From Planctomycetota bacterium (GTDB taxonomy: Bacteria > Planctomycetota > PLA2 > JAEUHO01), in NCBI GenBank assembly GCA_965223505.1, contig CBDCWP010000041.1, positions 1-64,000 on the forward strand: DNA of 64,000 bases, given 5' to 3'. Position 1 is the stretch's first letter; each line of letters starts with the position of its first letter. A model generated the notes under the pieces. The model was not told the origin of the DNA and did not search any database. It was given only the letters and a program-made list of their open reading frames with translations. The position numbers were made by a program, and so were the translations under genes. This document shows, piece after piece, positions 8,384 through 17,555 of the stretch.

Positions 8384-9521
8384 GCACCTCTTCGGTGTGC
8401 GAGCCCACGTCGCCGCCCGGCCAGCGGGTGCCGCCGGGCGTTTCGCCGAGCTTCGGCCCGAGCGCCGGCAGCTTGACCGGCCGCCCCCCCACCTCGACCT
8501 CCTCGAACATGCCGCGCGCCTGGTAGTGCGCGTCGTCGAGCATGTCCGCGACGCTGTAGATCGGTCCGCCCGGAACACGCGCGTCGTTCAGCGCGGCAAC
8601 GACGTCGGCCGACGGGAGCGTCGACGTCCACGCCGCGATGGCTTCATCGATCTCGGCCTGGTGCACCATGCGCTTCTCGTTGGTCGCCAACCGCTCGGCG
8701 CTCGCCATGTCCGCGCGGCCCGCGGTCTCCATCAAGCGCCGGAAGATCGAGTCGCCGTTCGCTCCGATGACGACGCGCTTGCCGTCGCTGCACGGGTACG
8801 CGTCGGTAGGTACGACGCCGGTGATCGTCGTGCCGGACGGTTCGCGCACGACGCCGCAACGGTCGTATTCCGGCACCGCGCCCTCCATGAGGTTGTAGAC
8901 GGCCTCGTAGATCGCGACGTCCACGACCTGCCCGCGCCCGCCCGCGTCGCGCTCGCGCCGAACGAGCGCGAGCAACACGCCGATCAGCGCCTGGAACGCC
9001 GCCAGCGAGTCGCCGATGCTCAGGTTGGAGCGCACCGGCGTCTCGCCGGGATGGCCCGTGACGTAACGCAGTCCGCCGAACGCCTCGCACACCGACGCGA
9101 AGCCGCCGCGCGACGCATTGGGACCGTCCTGCCCGAAGCCGGAGACGCGCGTGTAGATCAATCCCGGATTGCCCTTGCGCAGGTCGTCGGGTCCGAGCCC
9201 CCAGGACTCCATCGTCCCCGGGCGGAAGTTCTCGATCACGACGTCGCACTTCGCGGCCAGCCTGCGTACGACGTCACGGCCCGCTTCGCTTCGAAGCTCC
9301 GCGGTGACGAGGCGTTTGTTCCGACCTAGGCTGCGCCACCAAAGCGAGGTGCCTTCGTCCACGACACGCCAGCCGCGCACCGGATCGCCGTCCCCGGGAC
9401 GCTCGACCTTGATCACGTCCGCGCCGAAGTACGCCAGGTACGTGCCGGCCATGGGCCCCGCCATGAGCTGGCCCAGCTCCAGCACCCGAATGCCCGCGAG
9501 CGGGCCCTTGTTCGTCGCCAT
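8319..9521 (-). CDS. CaiB/BaiF class III CoA-transferase
   Basis: PLAGIRVLELG, GADVIKVE.PG.GDP.R, RNK, DVVIENFRPG, SGFGQDGP. Confidence 0.92.
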   Translation of the reverse strand: MATNKGPLAGIRVLELGQLMAGPMAGTYLAYFGADVIKVERPGDGDPVRGWRVVDEGTSLWWRSLGRNKRLVTAELRSEAGRDVVRRLAAKCDVVIENFRPGTMESWGLGPDDLRKGNPGLIYTRVSGFGQDGPNASRGGFASVCEAFGGLRYVTGHPGETPVRSNLSIGDSLAAFQALIGVLLALVRRERDAGGRGQVVDVAIYEAVYNLMEGAVPEYDRCGVVREPSGTTITGVVPTDAYPCSDGKRVVIGANGDSIFRRLMETAGRADMASAERLATNEKRMVHQAEIDEAIAAWTSTLPSADVVAALNDARVPGGPIYSVADMLDDAHYQARGMFEEVEVGGRPVKLPALGPKLGETPGGTRWPGGDVGSHTEEVLSEVLGMGSSDIDALRDSGAV

Positions 9522-9641
9522 CGGCGCCTCCCTGACAAGCCGCAAGAGCGTAGCCCGCCTAGCGACGACGGCCCCGCGCGCCCCGGCGGGCTTCCCGCCA
9601 AAAGACGTCTCGCCGCGCGACGGCGGGTAGGAATCAGGGAC

Positions 9642-10898
9642 GTGAAGCCGACGTCTCGTCTCATCGCCGCCCTCCTTGTCGCGTGCCTCGCAGGCGGCTG
9701 CGGCGACGAGGAGCCCGACTCGATCGCCGCCTGGATCGCGAAGCTCGACGACGAGGACGTGAACGAACGCTATCGCGCCGCGACCGCGCTCGCCGACGAG
9801 GGCGCGCGGGCCGTTCCGGATCTAATCGAACGGCTCGGCAAGCACACGCACGGAAGCGGGGAACGCCCGCGCGACGAAGGCCGGCACGACCCGCGGCAGA
9901 TCGTCACCGACACGCTGGTCCTGATCGGCGAACCGGCCGTCCCGGCACTCATCGAGTCGCTCACCCTGGAGGAAGAGCTCGAGCGGCGCCTGGCCGCCGT
10001 CGCGCTGCAGCGAATCGGCGTCGGCGAGGATCATCTGCCGCGCCTGATCGAGATCATGGACCACGACAACCCGATGGTCGCCGGGATCGCGGGCGGTCTG
10101 GTGGTCGAGGCGAAGACCGGCAAGTCGCTCCTTCACGAGGTGCTCACGGGCGCTTCGTATTCGACGCGCGCCAAGACCCGCGCGATTCGCGCCCTTGCGG
10201 CACTCGACGATTCCGACGCCCTGCAGTGGATCACCGACGCCCTCGGTGCGCCGGATGCCGCGGTGCGGCTCGAGGCGGTCAAGGCAATGAACGCGTTGAG
10301 CAGTCGCGTGAATGCGGCGGACGCGCTCATCCCGTTGCTCGACGACGAAGACGAACAGGTGCGCATCTGGGCGTCCACCGCGCTGCGAAGTCAGGGTGAC
10401 GCGGCCGCGGACGGACTCCTGCGCGTGTTGGGCGAAGGGTCGGCACGCGCGCGCAGCCTCGCCGCCGGCGTCCTCGCCGCACACGGTGAGCGCGCACTCG
10501 CGGCCGCGCCGCGACTGGCGGACAACCTCGAGCACGCCGACGCCATGGTTCGTGTGCGCTGTGCCGCGGCGCTGCACGCCGTCGCACGAGACATCGAGCG
10601 TGCGTTGCCGGTGTTGCTCGCGGCCGCGGCGGACGCGGATGGCGATGCCCGCCTCGAGGCGGTCACGGCGTTGGCCGGCTTCACGGCCGCAGCGGACGAG
10701 GTGGTGCCCGCGCTCATCGAAGCCTTGCGCGGTGACGACGAAGCGGTGGCGCGGCGAGCGGCGCGCAGCCTGGGCGCTCTCGGCGCCGAGGCCGAGAGCG
10801 CGCTCGAGACCCTGGAGCGCGCCGCGCTGGCCAACGACGAGGTGCTACGGGAGACCGCCAAGCGGTCGATCGAGGCAATCCGGGGGGCGGGCAAGTGA
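9642..10898 (+). CDS. HEAT-repeat lipoprotein
   Basis: Lipobox-like LAGGC after a hydrophobic leader; multiple PBS/HEAT repeats (VRLEAVKAM, VRIWASTAL). Confidence 0.8.
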   Translation: MKPTSRLIAALLVACLAGGCGDEEPDSIAAWIAKLDDEDVNERYRAATALADEGARAVPDLIERLGKHTHGSGERPRDEGRHDPRQIVTDTLVLIGEPAVPALIESLTLEEELERRLAAVALQRIGVGEDHLPRLIEIMDHDNPMVAGIAGGLVVEAKTGKSLLHEVLTGASYSTRAKTRAIRALAALDDSDALQWITDALGAPDAAVRLEAVKAMNALSSRVNAADALIPLLDDEDEQVRIWASTALRSQGDAAADGLLRVLGEGSARARSLAAGVLAAHGERALAAAPRLADNLEHADAMVRVRCAAALHAVARDIERALPVLLAAAADADGDARLEAVTALAGFTAAADEVVPALIEALRGDDEAVARRAARSLGALGAEAESALETLERAALANDEVLRETAKRSIEAIRGAGK

Positions 10899-11296
10899 CG
10901 CTTCGCAGGTGGATCGACCGGCTGGACGACGAGGATCCGGTCGTGCGCTGCCAGGCTGCGAAAGCGCTGGGCAAGGCGGGTCCGGATGCGGCCGACGCGG
11001 TGACCGACCTGACGGCCCGGCTCGCCGACCCCGATCCGATGGTCCGCGGCATGGCGGGCGCGGCGTTGGGGAAGATCGGGGTGGCGTCGGACGAGGCCGT
11101 GCGGGCCCTCGTCGGTCTGCTGGCGGACCCGGTGGTGCCGGTGCGCTTCTGGGGCGCGGACGCCCTCGGGCGGCTTGGCGCCGACACACCCGCGGTGCGC
11201 AAGGGACTCTCGGCCCTGAGCCGTGACACGCATCCCATGGCGAAGGCGGCCGCCGCAGCAGCGCGCAACGCGCTCGTCAGGCTGGATCAGGGCTAG
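10895..11296 (+). CDS. HEAT-repeat protein
   Basis: LDDEDPVVRCQAAKALG, LADPDPMVRGMAGAALG; GTGA overlap with the upstream gene. Confidence 0.8.
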   Translation: MTLRRWIDRLDDEDPVVRCQAAKALGKAGPDAADAVTDLTARLADPDPMVRGMAGAALGKIGVASDEAVRALVGLLADPVVPVRFWGADALGRLGADTPAVRKGLSALSRDTHPMAKAAAAAARNALVRLDQG

Positions 11297-11376
11297 CAAC
11301 GTGTCGAAATCGGACCTGCGTGCGGTGTCGAAACGCAACTCTGAAAGCGGGGCGGTCGAGCGGTAGTATCTGGCCC

Positions 11377-11658
11377 ATGCCGAGTCCGCAATCGATGCGC
11401 CGTCTTGCCAACCTGACGCGCAAGGTCCGTAACGACCTGAGGCGCGGTGGCATGGCGGTCACCTTCAAGTACCTGTTTCGCTCCACCGCCATTCTCGCCC
11501 GTGTCGTCGAGCTGCTTGCCGAGGCGCAAGCCACGCAGGCCGAGGAAGACGCGGCACGTGTCGCTGCCGGCGAGTGTCCGACCTGTGGCTCGGACCAGAA
11601 GGAGAAGGGCCCGTCGCGCCGGAAACGGCGGACGGCGGAGTCGCCGACCGAGTCCTAG
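11377..11658 (+). CDS. hypothetical protein with a single CxxC
   Basis: Fills the gap between genes; helical N-terminus, ECPTCG, basic tail. Confidence 0.5.
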   Translation: MPSPQSMRRLANLTRKVRNDLRRGGMAVTFKYLFRSTAILARVVELLAEAQATQAEEDAARVAAGECPTCGSDQKEKGPSRRKRRTAESPTES

Positions 11659-12038
11659 GCTCGCGTTTCGCCAGGCGGCCTCAGTGCCTCGCGAATCGCG
11701 GAGCGCAGCGACTCCACGCTGAACGGCTTCTCGATGATCTTGTAGATCGTCAGCTTGCCGAAGTCGTCGGAGCTCATGTCCTTGACGTGTCCGGAAACGA
11801 TGATCACGGGGCACAGGTTCGCGCCGGTGTCGAACTGCACGGTCTTGAGTACCGCGGTGCCGCCGCCGCCGGGCATGTAGAGGTCCAGGATCAGCAGATC
11901 CGGGCCGAAGCTGCGGTAGGCCGACACGGCGCTCGGGGTGTCGTAGGCCTGCATGACCTCGTGATTGTCGAGCTTGCACGCGAACGCGATCATGTCGCGC
12001 ATCGGAGCTTCGTCGTCTGCGATCAGGATCTTCGCCAT
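11655..12038 (-). CDS. single-domain response regulator (receiver)
   Basis: KILIADDE, DLLILDLYMPG, VIIVSG, IEKPF. Confidence 0.9.
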   Translation of the reverse strand: MAKILIADDEAPMRDMIAFACKLDNHEVMQAYDTPSAVSAYRSFGPDLLILDLYMPGGGGTAVLKTVQFDTGANLCPVIIVSGHVKDMSSDDFGKLTIYKIIEKPFSVESLRSAIREALRPPGETRA

Positions 12039-12042
12039 GGCG

Positions 12043-12291
12043 CTAACTGAACACTTTCCGAAGCGCGTTCTCGACGAGCTTCCACGGCACGATCGCGGGC
12101 TTGTTCGTCACCTCGACGCGCAGCAGCGATCCGTCGACGGCATACGTGCCCTCGGCGGTTCCCTTGAACCGTCCGGCGGCGTCATCCCCCTCGATGACGA
12201 TGCCCGACGAGCGCGCCTCCGTCTTCGCCTTCGTCATGAGGGCATCGACGTCGACGTTGTCAGCCAGCGGAAATTCGAAGGACTTCGCCAT
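12043..12291 (-). CDS. small hypothetical protein (possibly polyhydroxyalkanoate-system-protein-like)
   Basis: MAKSFEF...EGDDAAGRF...EGTYAVDG...VEVTNKPAIVPWKLVENAL. Confidence 0.65.
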   Translation of the reverse strand: MAKSFEFPLADNVDVDALMTKAKTEARSSGIVIEGDDAAGRFKGTAEGTYAVDGSLLRVEVTNKPAIVPWKLVENALRKVFS

Positions 12292-12392
12292 GTGCTCTTC
12301 CTGCGACTCGTTCCTAGGACGAGAAAGTAGACCCCAACCGCACGGAACTGCCAAGTACCAGGCCGTCGCCTTCGCACCTCCTTTTCGACCAT

Positions 12393-13034
12393 CTAGCGCG
12401 GCGGCCGCTCCGGCATGGGCAGGTGGGGAACCAGATCGGCCACGTCGGGCATCTCGGCGCGCAGCTGATCCTGAACCTCCTTGGGCGGCTGGGGCCCCTT
12501 GTAGGGACGACGAGAGATCAACGCGTCGTAGCGATCCGCCAAGGCCAGGATGCGCCCGGCGCGCATGAGCTTCCGGGAGACCGGCCGGCGCCGATCCGGC
12601 GACCGGCCCGCCTCGACGGACCGGCGCTCCTTGCCCGAACGCGGATAGCTCGCGTCGCCCTGCAGCTCGTGGTGGAGCGGGATGATCCGGTGGGCATCGG
12701 GGAACGCGTCCAGTCGGAGAAGCTCCGGCGTCGCCGCGGCAGGGTGCCGGCGCATCTGCGCGAGCTCGACGTCGTCGAGCGGCCCCGGCTTGTTGACGAT
12801 CCGGCCGTCGATCTTGGTCTTGCCGAGATCGTGCAGGATCGCGGCGACCGCCAGCTCCTGTGTCGCCTGTTCGTCGAGGCCGTCCGCTCGAGCGAGGTAC
12901 GCGGCGAACCGGGCGACGCGCAGACAGTGCCGATAGGTGCCCGCGTCGTAGCGCTGGATGGCGTCGGCCAGGGGCCGCACGTCGTCCCGCGCGAGCAAGT
13001 CTGCCAGCAGCTGCGGGACGGCCTCCATCGACAT
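12393..13034 (-). CDS. HD-GYP-like metal-dependent phosphohydrolase
   Basis: TYRHCLRVA, ILHDLGK, HHE...SYP, LADRYDAL.SRRPYK; TGATG coupling to mutY. Confidence 0.85.
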   Translation of the reverse strand: MSMEAVPQLLADLLARDDVRPLADAIQRYDAGTYRHCLRVARFAAYLARADGLDEQATQELAVAAILHDLGKTKIDGRIVNKPGPLDDVELAQMRRHPAAATPELLRLDAFPDAHRIIPLHHELQGDASYPRSGKERRSVEAGRSPDRRRPVSRKLMRAGRILALADRYDALISRRPYKGPQPPKEVQDQLRAEMPDVADLVPHLPMPERPPR

Positions 13035-14122
13035 CAGGGTAGCGAAGGGTCGCCGGCCAGCGCGTCGAGCGCCTTGCGATTCGCGCGCGGGAATGGATAG
13101 GAGGCCAGGTCTTCGCGGGCGACGAATCGCGGATCCTCGCAGCCGCCGGGCCGCAGGCGGCCGCCCTCCGGCACGCAGTGAAAGAGGTGCAGCGTGATCT
13201 GGAAGTGGGTGTAGGCGTGGTCGATCGAGAGGAACGGCCGCTCGCATCGGACGGTCAGGCCGGTCTCCTCGCGCACCTCGCGAACGCAGGCGTCCTCGAG
13301 GGACTCGCCCGGCCTGACCTTGCCGCCGGGGAACTCCCAGAGGCCTCCGAGCAGCCCGTCGGACGGCCGCCGGGCGATCAAGAGCCGGTCGTCGCGCCAG
13401 ACGAGCCCGGCGGCGATGTCGTAGTGCGGCACAGGCGCCTTGGGCTTCTTGCGGGGCAGGAGCTCGGGCTCGCCGTGGGTGAAGCCCGCACAGTCCGGCC
13501 CCAGGGGACAACGGCGACAGCTCGGACGACGCGGCGTGCAGATGGTGGCGCCGAGCTCCATCACCGCCTGGTTCCAGTCACCCGCACGGCGCGGCGCCAA
13601 CAAGCGGCGCGCCAGCAGTTCGATCCGTCGCCGCACGGCGGCGCGTGTGACCACGCGCCGTTCGTTCAGGACGCGCGACAGGACGCGCACGACGTTGCCG
13701 TCGATCACCGGCTCGGCGACGCCGAACGCGATGCTGGCCACCGCCGCCGCGGTGTACGGACCGAAACCCGGTAGCTCGCGCAGCGCAGCGAGATCTTCCG
13801 GCAGGCGCCTCGAGCCGCCGGCGACGACCCGCTTGGCCGCCGCTCTGAGGTTGCGTGCGCGCGAGTAGTAGCCGAGACCCTCCCACTCCCTGAGGACGGC
13901 TTGTTCGCTCGCCGAGGCCAGATCCGCGACGGTCGGGAAACGCTGCAGGAACCGCCGCCAGCGGTCTCGAACGGTCTCGACGCGCGTTTGCTGCAGCATG
14001 ACCTCGGAGATCCAGATCGCGTACGGATCGCTGGTGTGACGCCACGGGAGGTCGCGTTTGTGGCGGTCGTAGAAGCGCAGGACCCGCCGACGAATCTGTC
14101 GAATGCGCTTCGGGTCGAGCAT
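13034..14122 (-). CDS. mutY: A/G-specific adenine glycosylase MutY with C-terminal NUDIX-like domain
   Basis: [45 protein letters not shown], 4Fe-4S motif [25 protein letters not shown]. Confidence 0.96.
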   Translation of the reverse strand: MLDPKRIRQIRRRVLRFYDRHKRDLPWRHTSDPYAIWISEVMLQQTRVETVRDRWRRFLQRFPTVADLASASEQAVLREWEGLGYYSRARNLRAAAKRVVAGGSRRLPEDLAALRELPGFGPYTAAAVASIAFGVAEPVIDGNVVRVLSRVLNERRVVTRAAVRRRIELLARRLLAPRRAGDWNQAVMELGATICTPRRPSCRRCPLGPDCAGFTHGEPELLPRKKPKAPVPHYDIAAGLVWRDDRLLIARRPSDGLLGGLWEFPGGKVRPGESLEDACVREVREETGLTVRCERPFLSIDHAYTHFQITLHLFHCVPEGGRLRPGGCEDPRFVAREDLASYPFPRANRKALDALAGDPSLP

Positions 14123-14224
14123 GCGCGCAGGCTATCCGAGGTTGCCCACACGCGGTGCACGGAACGGAACGGGCCGAATTGCAAACGGCCGGACCCAAGG
14201 GGCCCGGCCGTCGGCTGGAAGCGC

Positions 14225-14242
14225 GATCGGCAACTGCCGATC
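14225..14242 (-). promoter_or_regulatory. candidate SECIS hairpin
   Basis: Perfect 7-bp stem GATCGGC/GCCGATC with loop AGTT (G at loop position 2); the loop starts 22 nt after the TGA at 14257-14259; no U-tract follows. Confidence 0.55.
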
Positions 14243-14727
14243 TAGTTGGGGATCCCTCACCCGCCGGGTCCGCAGCCGCCCGCGTTGAAGATGAACTGCA
14301 GCGGGTTCGACGGCTTCGGCAGACACTCGGTCGCGGAACGGTTCGCGCGGTGGGACGACTTCGGCTGGAGCAAGCCACGCTTGTTGACCGGGTTGTCGGG
14401 CAGCACTGCCGACTGCGGCGGGCAGCACGGCGCGGAGGGGCTCGCGACGGGCGTACGGGCCGCCTCGCGCAGGATCGGCCGCGTGCTCTCGGCGGTGACC
14501 CGCGGGGCGCCGGGGACGTCCGCGGAACGCGAGGTGCGAACGACGCGTGTGGCGGGACGCTTCGGGGCGTACAAGGTCGAGCCGTCGATCACCCGGGTCG
14601 ATACGACGTCGCCGGGCTGCGGAGACGAGGCGACCGCGCGGGCGCCGGACTGGGTCGAACGTACGTTCGACGCGCAACCGGCCGCGACGAACGCGGCAGC
14701 GATCGCAAGTAGCGTTGCAATTCTCAC
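14242..14727 (-). CDS. lipoprotein with C-terminal C-G-P-G-G-U motif, putative selenoprotein (in-frame TGA 14257-14259)
   Basis: GTG start 14727 with AGGAGG RBS; lipobox VAAGC; low-complexity body; ends NAGGCGPGG-TGA-GIPN-TAG(14242-14244). Confidence 0.6.
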
Positions 14728-15064
14728 GTGGCCTCCTGACCCCGGGTGCCCGGGGTTCGCCGAGCCGGTCTGCCAACCGTCTCGGCCAGCCCATCCCTCC
14801 CTGATGGATCGGCTTTCGGCGGGCATTGAAGCCCGGTCGAGTCACGGGAGTTTCACAACGTGAGCGAAATCCCGACCGGTTCGCGGCCCGCGCCGGACTC
14901 CATGAATCCCTCAGATTGGCTCTGATGCCCGGAATTCTCTGGAATTTGGGGGTTCACTTTCTTGGACGACGCCGCCGGACGACGGATTCCGGCCGCGCGT
15001 CCAGTCTGGGGTCCCGAGGCGGCCCGGGAGCCGTAAGATGGCGCCCCCGCGACCCGGAGATGCC

Positions 15065-16471
15065 ATGCGCCAAACGGCCGTCGTCCTCCTCCTGCTCGTC
15101 TTCGCCGGCACCCTGAGCGCCGACGAGGGCCCGGGCGGGAAGAAGAAACCCAAGAAGCCGCCCCTGCCCGGGATCCACTGGGAGCCCGACTTCGAGGCCG
15201 GTATGCGCCGCGCGGCCCTGGAGGGCCGTCCGATGCTCTTCTGCATCAACGCGCTCGAGAACCAGGTCCCCCAGCTCGTCACGCAGTCCTATCGGTCGGC
15301 GGCCTGGGGGACGGCCAGTCGCGGCTACGTGTGCTTCGCATGCAACCCGAACGACCACACCGGCCCCGACGGGCTCTCCACGCGCTTCCTGGGCGTACCG
15401 TCGGCGTCCTACAACGCGGCGCTCGACTACGTGCTGAAGCACTTCGGCCCCGATCTCATCAGTCCGTCGCACATCATCCTGGAGCCGGACGGCGAGCTCG
15501 CCTACCGCAAGGACTTCTACACCGGGGTGGTCGGGCCGGCGCTGCTCGAGCGCAAGCTGACGAGCATCGCTCCCGGCGTTGCGTACAGCCGCGCCGCGAT
15601 CGATCGCGAGGAGCGGATCGAGCGCGTCGTCGCCTCGGAGGCGCCCGGCGGCGAAGCCCGTGCGTGGCTGGCGACCGGCGACGGGTACGCGATGCCGGGC
15701 ATCCTGAACGCGCTCGACGAGCTGTACGACGTTTCGAAGCGCGTCGCGCTCATTCGGGCGTGTGCCGCAGCGCCTTCGCCGCAGGTCGCCGCGATGGCGT
15801 ACGCCGCGGAGGAGCGCCTCATGTTCCCGGACGACGAGCCGGAGGAGACGCTCGCCTGGGTGCACGTGCTGCTGGAGGTCGATCGGGAGCTGGGAGCATG
15901 GGCGGCCGCGACCGCGATCGCCCGGGCGCCCGAGCGCGAGCAGCGTGAAGCGCTGATGAAGCTGTGGTCCGGCGGCGACGGTGACGAGAAGGCCGCGCTG
16001 ATCGAAGCGCTGCTGCTCGCGGACGATCCTGCGGGCAAGCGCGCCGAGATCCCGAACGCGAGCGCGGCGATGCGTCTGCGGATCGCGCGGGCGCGCAAGA
16101 AGGCGGGTGTCGCGGAGACGATGTGGCCGCCGCTGCGCAAGGCGCTGGACGACGGCAGCTTCGGGCCGCTCCGCGGGGCGTTGCTCGAGGCGGAACCGTC
16201 CGACGTGCGCGCGAACGAGATGGCCGTCGGCAACCTGCTCGACCACCCGCTCGCCGAGCGCATCCGGATCGCTGCCGCGCTGGCGTTGTTGGGCGCCGAG
16301 TGTCGCAAGCACGCCGATCGCGTCGTCGCGATCCTGCTGCAGACGCTCTTCGATCCGATCGAGGGACCGGAGACGCGCCGCGCGGCGATCGCGCACCTCG
16401 GAGAGGATCCGGGTCTCGCGCTGGAGGAATGGGAAGCCGCGATCCGAAGCAAGATGGGGGCCGAGAAATGA
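15065..16471 (+). CDS. secreted hypothetical protein with degenerate thioredoxin-like N-terminal domain and helical repeats
   Basis: Signal peptide; IHWEPDFEAGMRRAALEGRPML, PSHIILEPDGE; no CxxC motif. Confidence 0.7.
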   Translation: MRQTAVVLLLLVFAGTLSADEGPGGKKKPKKPPLPGIHWEPDFEAGMRRAALEGRPMLFCINALENQVPQLVTQSYRSAAWGTASRGYVCFACNPNDHTGPDGLSTRFLGVPSASYNAALDYVLKHFGPDLISPSHIILEPDGELAYRKDFYTGVVGPALLERKLTSIAPGVAYSRAAIDREERIERVVASEAPGGEARAWLATGDGYAMPGILNALDELYDVSKRVALIRACAAAPSPQVAAMAYAAEERLMFPDDEPEETLAWVHVLLEVDRELGAWAAATAIARAPEREQREALMKLWSGGDGDEKAALIEALLLADDPAGKRAEIPNASAAMRLRIARARKKAGVAETMWPPLRKALDDGSFGPLRGALLEAEPSDVRANEMAVGNLLDHPLAERIRIAAALALLGAECRKHADRVVAILLQTLFDPIEGPETRRAAIAHLGEDPGLALEEWEAAIRSKMGAEK

Positions 16472-17490
16472 CGCGCGTCTCCCTTTGCTGCGGCGCGCTC
16501 GCGGCCGTCTTGCTCCTCGTGCCGGCGTGGTCGCTCGCCGAGGACGAGAACTCGCTGCCGGTGCTGCGGCGGAATCTGATGTACGCGCAAGGCGACAAGC
16601 GCATCGGCAAGGCGCTCGACAGGCTGACGGCGCTGATCGGCCAATCGACCGGCGGGTTCAAGGACCACAGCGCCTTCGGCGACTGGCTCTCGGAGCTTCC
16701 GAACGGACGCAACAAGCACCCGAAGGTGCTCCAACGCATCGGCTGGGCCTACGTGACCGCCCGCCGCGGACCGGAAGCCGTCAAGTCGCTCGAGGCCGCG
16801 CTGAAGGACGACCCCGGCAGCGGCTTGACGCGCGCGTACCTGGGCGAGGCGCTCCGGCAAGCCGGCCGCTACACCGAGGCCATCGAGATGCTGGCGACCG
16901 CGCTGAGGGCCCGGTACGACAAGCAGCACGTCAAGGACAGCGCGGTGGAGGCCGCCGTCGCCCTGCGCCGGCCGGAGGCGCTCCGAACCGGCGAGGGGCT
17001 GCCCGCCTACGCCTCGGCCATGGCGGCGTTCCTCGCCGCGAAGCCGGACGCCGCGCTCGAGGCGACGCTCGCGTCGTGGCTGTTGGCGGATCTGGACGCC
17101 TACGAGAAGCCGAAGAGCGACCGCGGACGTCTGTGGGCGCGGGCGGCCTCCAAGCACGCCCACGCTGCGCTTCGGCGGGCCGGTGCGACGGTACCGGGCG
17201 CGGCCGAGCTTGCCCTAAAGGCGGCGGAGGCGGTCACGTACGAGGACCGCGGCGAAGAGGGCCGAACCGAGCGCTTCGATCTCCTGGTGCTGGCCTGTCG
17301 GCTGGGCCAGCCGTCGCACACGCAGCCGCACGCGACGCCGAAGGCGTTCACGCTCCTGGCGGAGGCGGCGTTGAGGGAGGGCCGCTTCGAGCTGGCGTAC
17401 CGCATGGCGCGCAAGCGGCTGGAGATCTCCTATGCCGCAGCCGCTGTGCGCGTGCTTCGCAAGCTTCCGCCGGACTTGGGCATGGAGTAG
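16468..17490 (+). CDS. secreted tetratricopeptide-repeat protein
   Basis: Signal peptide; TPR-like AVKSLEAALKDDPGSGLTRAYLGEALRQAGRYTEA; ATGA overlap. Confidence 0.75.
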   Translation: MTRVSLCCGALAAVLLLVPAWSLAEDENSLPVLRRNLMYAQGDKRIGKALDRLTALIGQSTGGFKDHSAFGDWLSELPNGRNKHPKVLQRIGWAYVTARRGPEAVKSLEAALKDDPGSGLTRAYLGEALRQAGRYTEAIEMLATALRARYDKQHVKDSAVEAAVALRRPEALRTGEGLPAYASAMAAFLAAKPDAALEATLASWLLADLDAYEKPKSDRGRLWARAASKHAHAALRRAGATVPGAAELALKAAEAVTYEDRGEEGRTERFDLLVLACRLGQPSHTQPHATPKAFTLLAEAALREGRFELAYRMARKRLEISYAAAAVRVLRKLPPDLGME

Positions 17491-17555
17491 GGGCAGTCCT
17501 CGTGGCTGCCCAACCCCGGACGCGCCTCGGGCGACCACGAGGGTCGCCCCCCTAC
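17487..17555. repeat. GTAG-family REP doublet (REPIN-like)
   Basis: GTAGGGGCAGTCCTCGTGGCTGCCC plus an inverted partner GGGCGACCACGAGGGTCGCCCCCCTAC; a related copy lies at 39659-39744. Confidence 0.75.
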
